DNA from: Planctomycetota bacterium
Lineage (GTDB): Bacteria; Planctomycetota; UBA11346
Direction: 5' to 3'
Assembly: GCA_038213805.1 (NCBI GenBank)
Contig: JBBQSO010000112.1
Span: forward strand, 1 to 14,712
DNA length: 14,712 nucleotides
Positions 12,984-14,712 of this stretch are shown piece by piece. Below the pieces are notes generated by a model. The model was given only the letters and a program-made list of their open reading frames with translations. It had not been told where the DNA came from and searched no databases. The position numbers and the translations under genes were made by a program. Numbering within the stretch: the stretch's first letter is position 1; each line of letters opens with the position of its first letter.

Positions 12984-14101
12984 CGCACTCGACGATCCTG
13001 GTGGTCGACGACAACGAAGCCAACCGCTACACGCTGGTGCGTTTGCTGAATCGTGCGGGGCACTCCACCCTCGAGGCCGCGAGCGGCCACGAGGCCCTGG
13101 AGCGGTTGGAGGCGCGTCCGGCCTTGGTGATCCTCGACGTACAGCTGCCGGACATGATCGGCTTCGAGGTCTGCCGACGCATCAAGGCGCTGCCAGACCC
13201 GCCGAAGGTGTTGCAAACTTCGGCGAGCTTCACGCGCACCGAGGACCGTGTCGAGGGCCTGCAAGGCGGGGCCGATGCATACCTGATCCAGCCCCTGCAG
13301 CCGGCGGAATTCCTGGCCACGGTGTCCTCACTGCTCCGCTTGGCCGATATGGAGAGCGCACTGCGGGCGGCCAATCGCCAGCTTGAACGTTCCAACGGTG
13401 AACTCGAGCGTTTCGCCCACGTGGTCTCGCACGACCTCCAGGAACCGCTGCGCGCCATCGCCTCGTTCCTGGGGCTGCTCGAGTTGAAGTACGGCCCGCA
13501 GCTGGATGAGCGAGCGCGCACCTGGATCGGCAATGCCACCGGCGGCGCGGTGCGCATGGCTGCAATGATCCGCGATCTGATGGTCGACGCGCAGCTGCGC
13601 GGCAGCGAACGCGCGGTCACGACCTTCCCGGCCGATGATGTCCTCGACGACGTGATAATGGATCTGGGTACGCGCATCGCTGAGGCGGGGGCGGTGGTCC
13701 GTCGTGAGCCGCTGCCGGTGGTATGCGCTGATCGCACGCGCTTCGCCCGCGTCCTGCAGAACCTGCTCGCGAACGCCCTCAAGTTCCGCGCGCCGGAGCG
13801 TCCACCGGTGATCGCCATCGCCTGCAGCGAGACGGCGAGCGAGCAACGTTTCACCGTCGCAGACAATGGCCTGGGGATCCCGGAGGAGGCACAGCAGCGC
13901 GTCTTCGGGATGTTTGAGCGTCTGCATACGCACATTCCAGGCACCGGTATCGGCTTGGCGACCATCCAGGGTATCATCGAGGGCCATGGGGGCCGCGTCG
14001 GATTGGATTCGACGGTAGGAGTGGGGACGACGTTCTGGTTCACGCTGCCGCGCCGGGCGGGGTGTGTGGAAGCGCCGGCAACCGCATCTGAACGAGGATG
14101 A
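12980..14101 (+). CDS. REC-histidine kinase (phytochrome-type HisKA-HATPase_c), 373 aa
   Basis: GTGA overlap with the upstream stop. REC ILVVDDN..ILDVQLPD..GFEV; H-box VSHDLQEPLR (His 13430-13432); QNLLANALKF, DNGLGI, GTGIGLA. Confidence 0.93.
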   Translation: MTHSTILVVDDNEANRYTLVRLLNRAGHSTLEAASGHEALERLEARPALVILDVQLPDMIGFEVCRRIKALPDPPKVLQTSASFTRTEDRVEGLQGGADAYLIQPLQPAEFLATVSSLLRLADMESALRAANRQLERSNGELERFAHVVSHDLQEPLRAIASFLGLLELKYGPQLDERARTWIGNATGGAVRMAAMIRDLMVDAQLRGSERAVTTFPADDVLDDVIMDLGTRIAEAGAVVRREPLPVVCADRTRFARVLQNLLANALKFRAPERPPVIAIACSETASEQRFTVADNGLGIPEEAQQRVFGMFERLHTHIPGTGIGLATIQGIIEGHGGRVGLDSTVGVGTTFWFTLPRRAGCVEAPATASERG

Positions 14102-14465
14102 AAGCATCCCGATTGAGTTAGTGCATGCGCTGGTGGTTAGGGTGAAAACGCGTTCGCCTGTCGTTGTGTTGATTACAGCAAGCCAAAAGCCCAAAGCGCA
14201 TACTGAGGCGTGATACAGCCTGCGCGAGAGCGGCGCTATGGATCGGGCGCTGACCCAGGTGGTCGGTGCTCGGCCCCGTCACCAGGTAACTGTCGCGCAG
14301 GTCGTGACGATTGAGAATCGCCCCAGCCAGGGTGTCGCAGCGCGCTGCCACTGGTTTGCTGCCCATTCCCATGATGTCCGGCGCCCGCCTATCGTATGCC
14401 ATCCATTCGCAGTCATGCGAGTTGCGACCATTGCCGCCATTGAGGGAAAGCGCAACCCGTGGGAG

Positions 14466-14494
14466 CACCCCTATCGGTCGTCACCCATATCGGT
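14466..14494. repeat. 13-nt direct repeat CACCC(C/A)TATCGGT x2, 16-nt period
   Basis: CACCCCTATCGGT at 14466-14478 and CACCCATATCGGT at 14482-14494. Confidence 0.6.
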
Positions 14495-14592
14495 GGCCGC
14501 GAGGGGGGGGGATAGCCTGCCAATGCCGTTCACTTTTGAACCTCCCATAATATAAGTAAAGACAACGCTTAACAAAAAATTCTTCGGGCCTA

Positions 14593-14712
14593 ATGAGCCC
14601 CCATACTTCTGCGCATGATCTCATCCATCACCTCTCCGTTGCACTGCGCGGCGTGGCGACGTCATTCGCCCGCGTGCGACGATGGTCACCGCGGTCAGTG
14701 GTGGTTGCGGTG
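14593..14712 (+). CDS. Possible 5' end of a gene running off the window (MSPHTSAHDLIHHLSVALRGVATSFARVRRWSPRSVVVAV...)
   Basis: ATG 14593 follows an AT-rich promoter-like tract and the frame stays open to the window end. Basic then hydrophobic residues could begin a signal or TM segment. No clear RBS and no recognisable family. Confidence 0.3.
   Translation, partial: MSPHTSAHDLIHHLSVALRGVATSFARVRRWSPRSVVVAV

Overview
GC-rich bacterial window, almost entirely + strand signalling genes. Left cassette: a 5'-truncated poly-HAMP/GAF hybrid histidine kinase with three receiver (REC) domains, a translationally coupled REC-PAS-histidine kinase, and a single-domain Rcp1-like response regulator. A ~740-nt palindrome-rich intergenic region follows, then an isolated glycogen debranching enzyme gene (glgX). 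Right cassette: a six-gene stressosome operon (rsbR, rsbS, rsbT, an RsbT-like kinase/PP2C phosphatase fusion, an RsbT-like domain fused to a hybrid histidine kinase, and a REC-histidine kinase). No rsbV/rsbW/sigB, HPt or DNA-binding output gene lies in the window. Stressosomes with two-component outputs are a known theme, so novelty is unproven. Most notable: three RsbT-like domains in consecutive genes, two parallel kinase cascades flanking glgX that both end in SHDLQEPLR-type kinases whose REC lacks the conserved Lys, and a nested inverted-repeat element at 5520-5754. The first ~102 nt are an in-frame, heavily degraded HAMP repeat, probably sequencing error at a contig end. All family assignments come from recognising motifs by eye, not from database searches.
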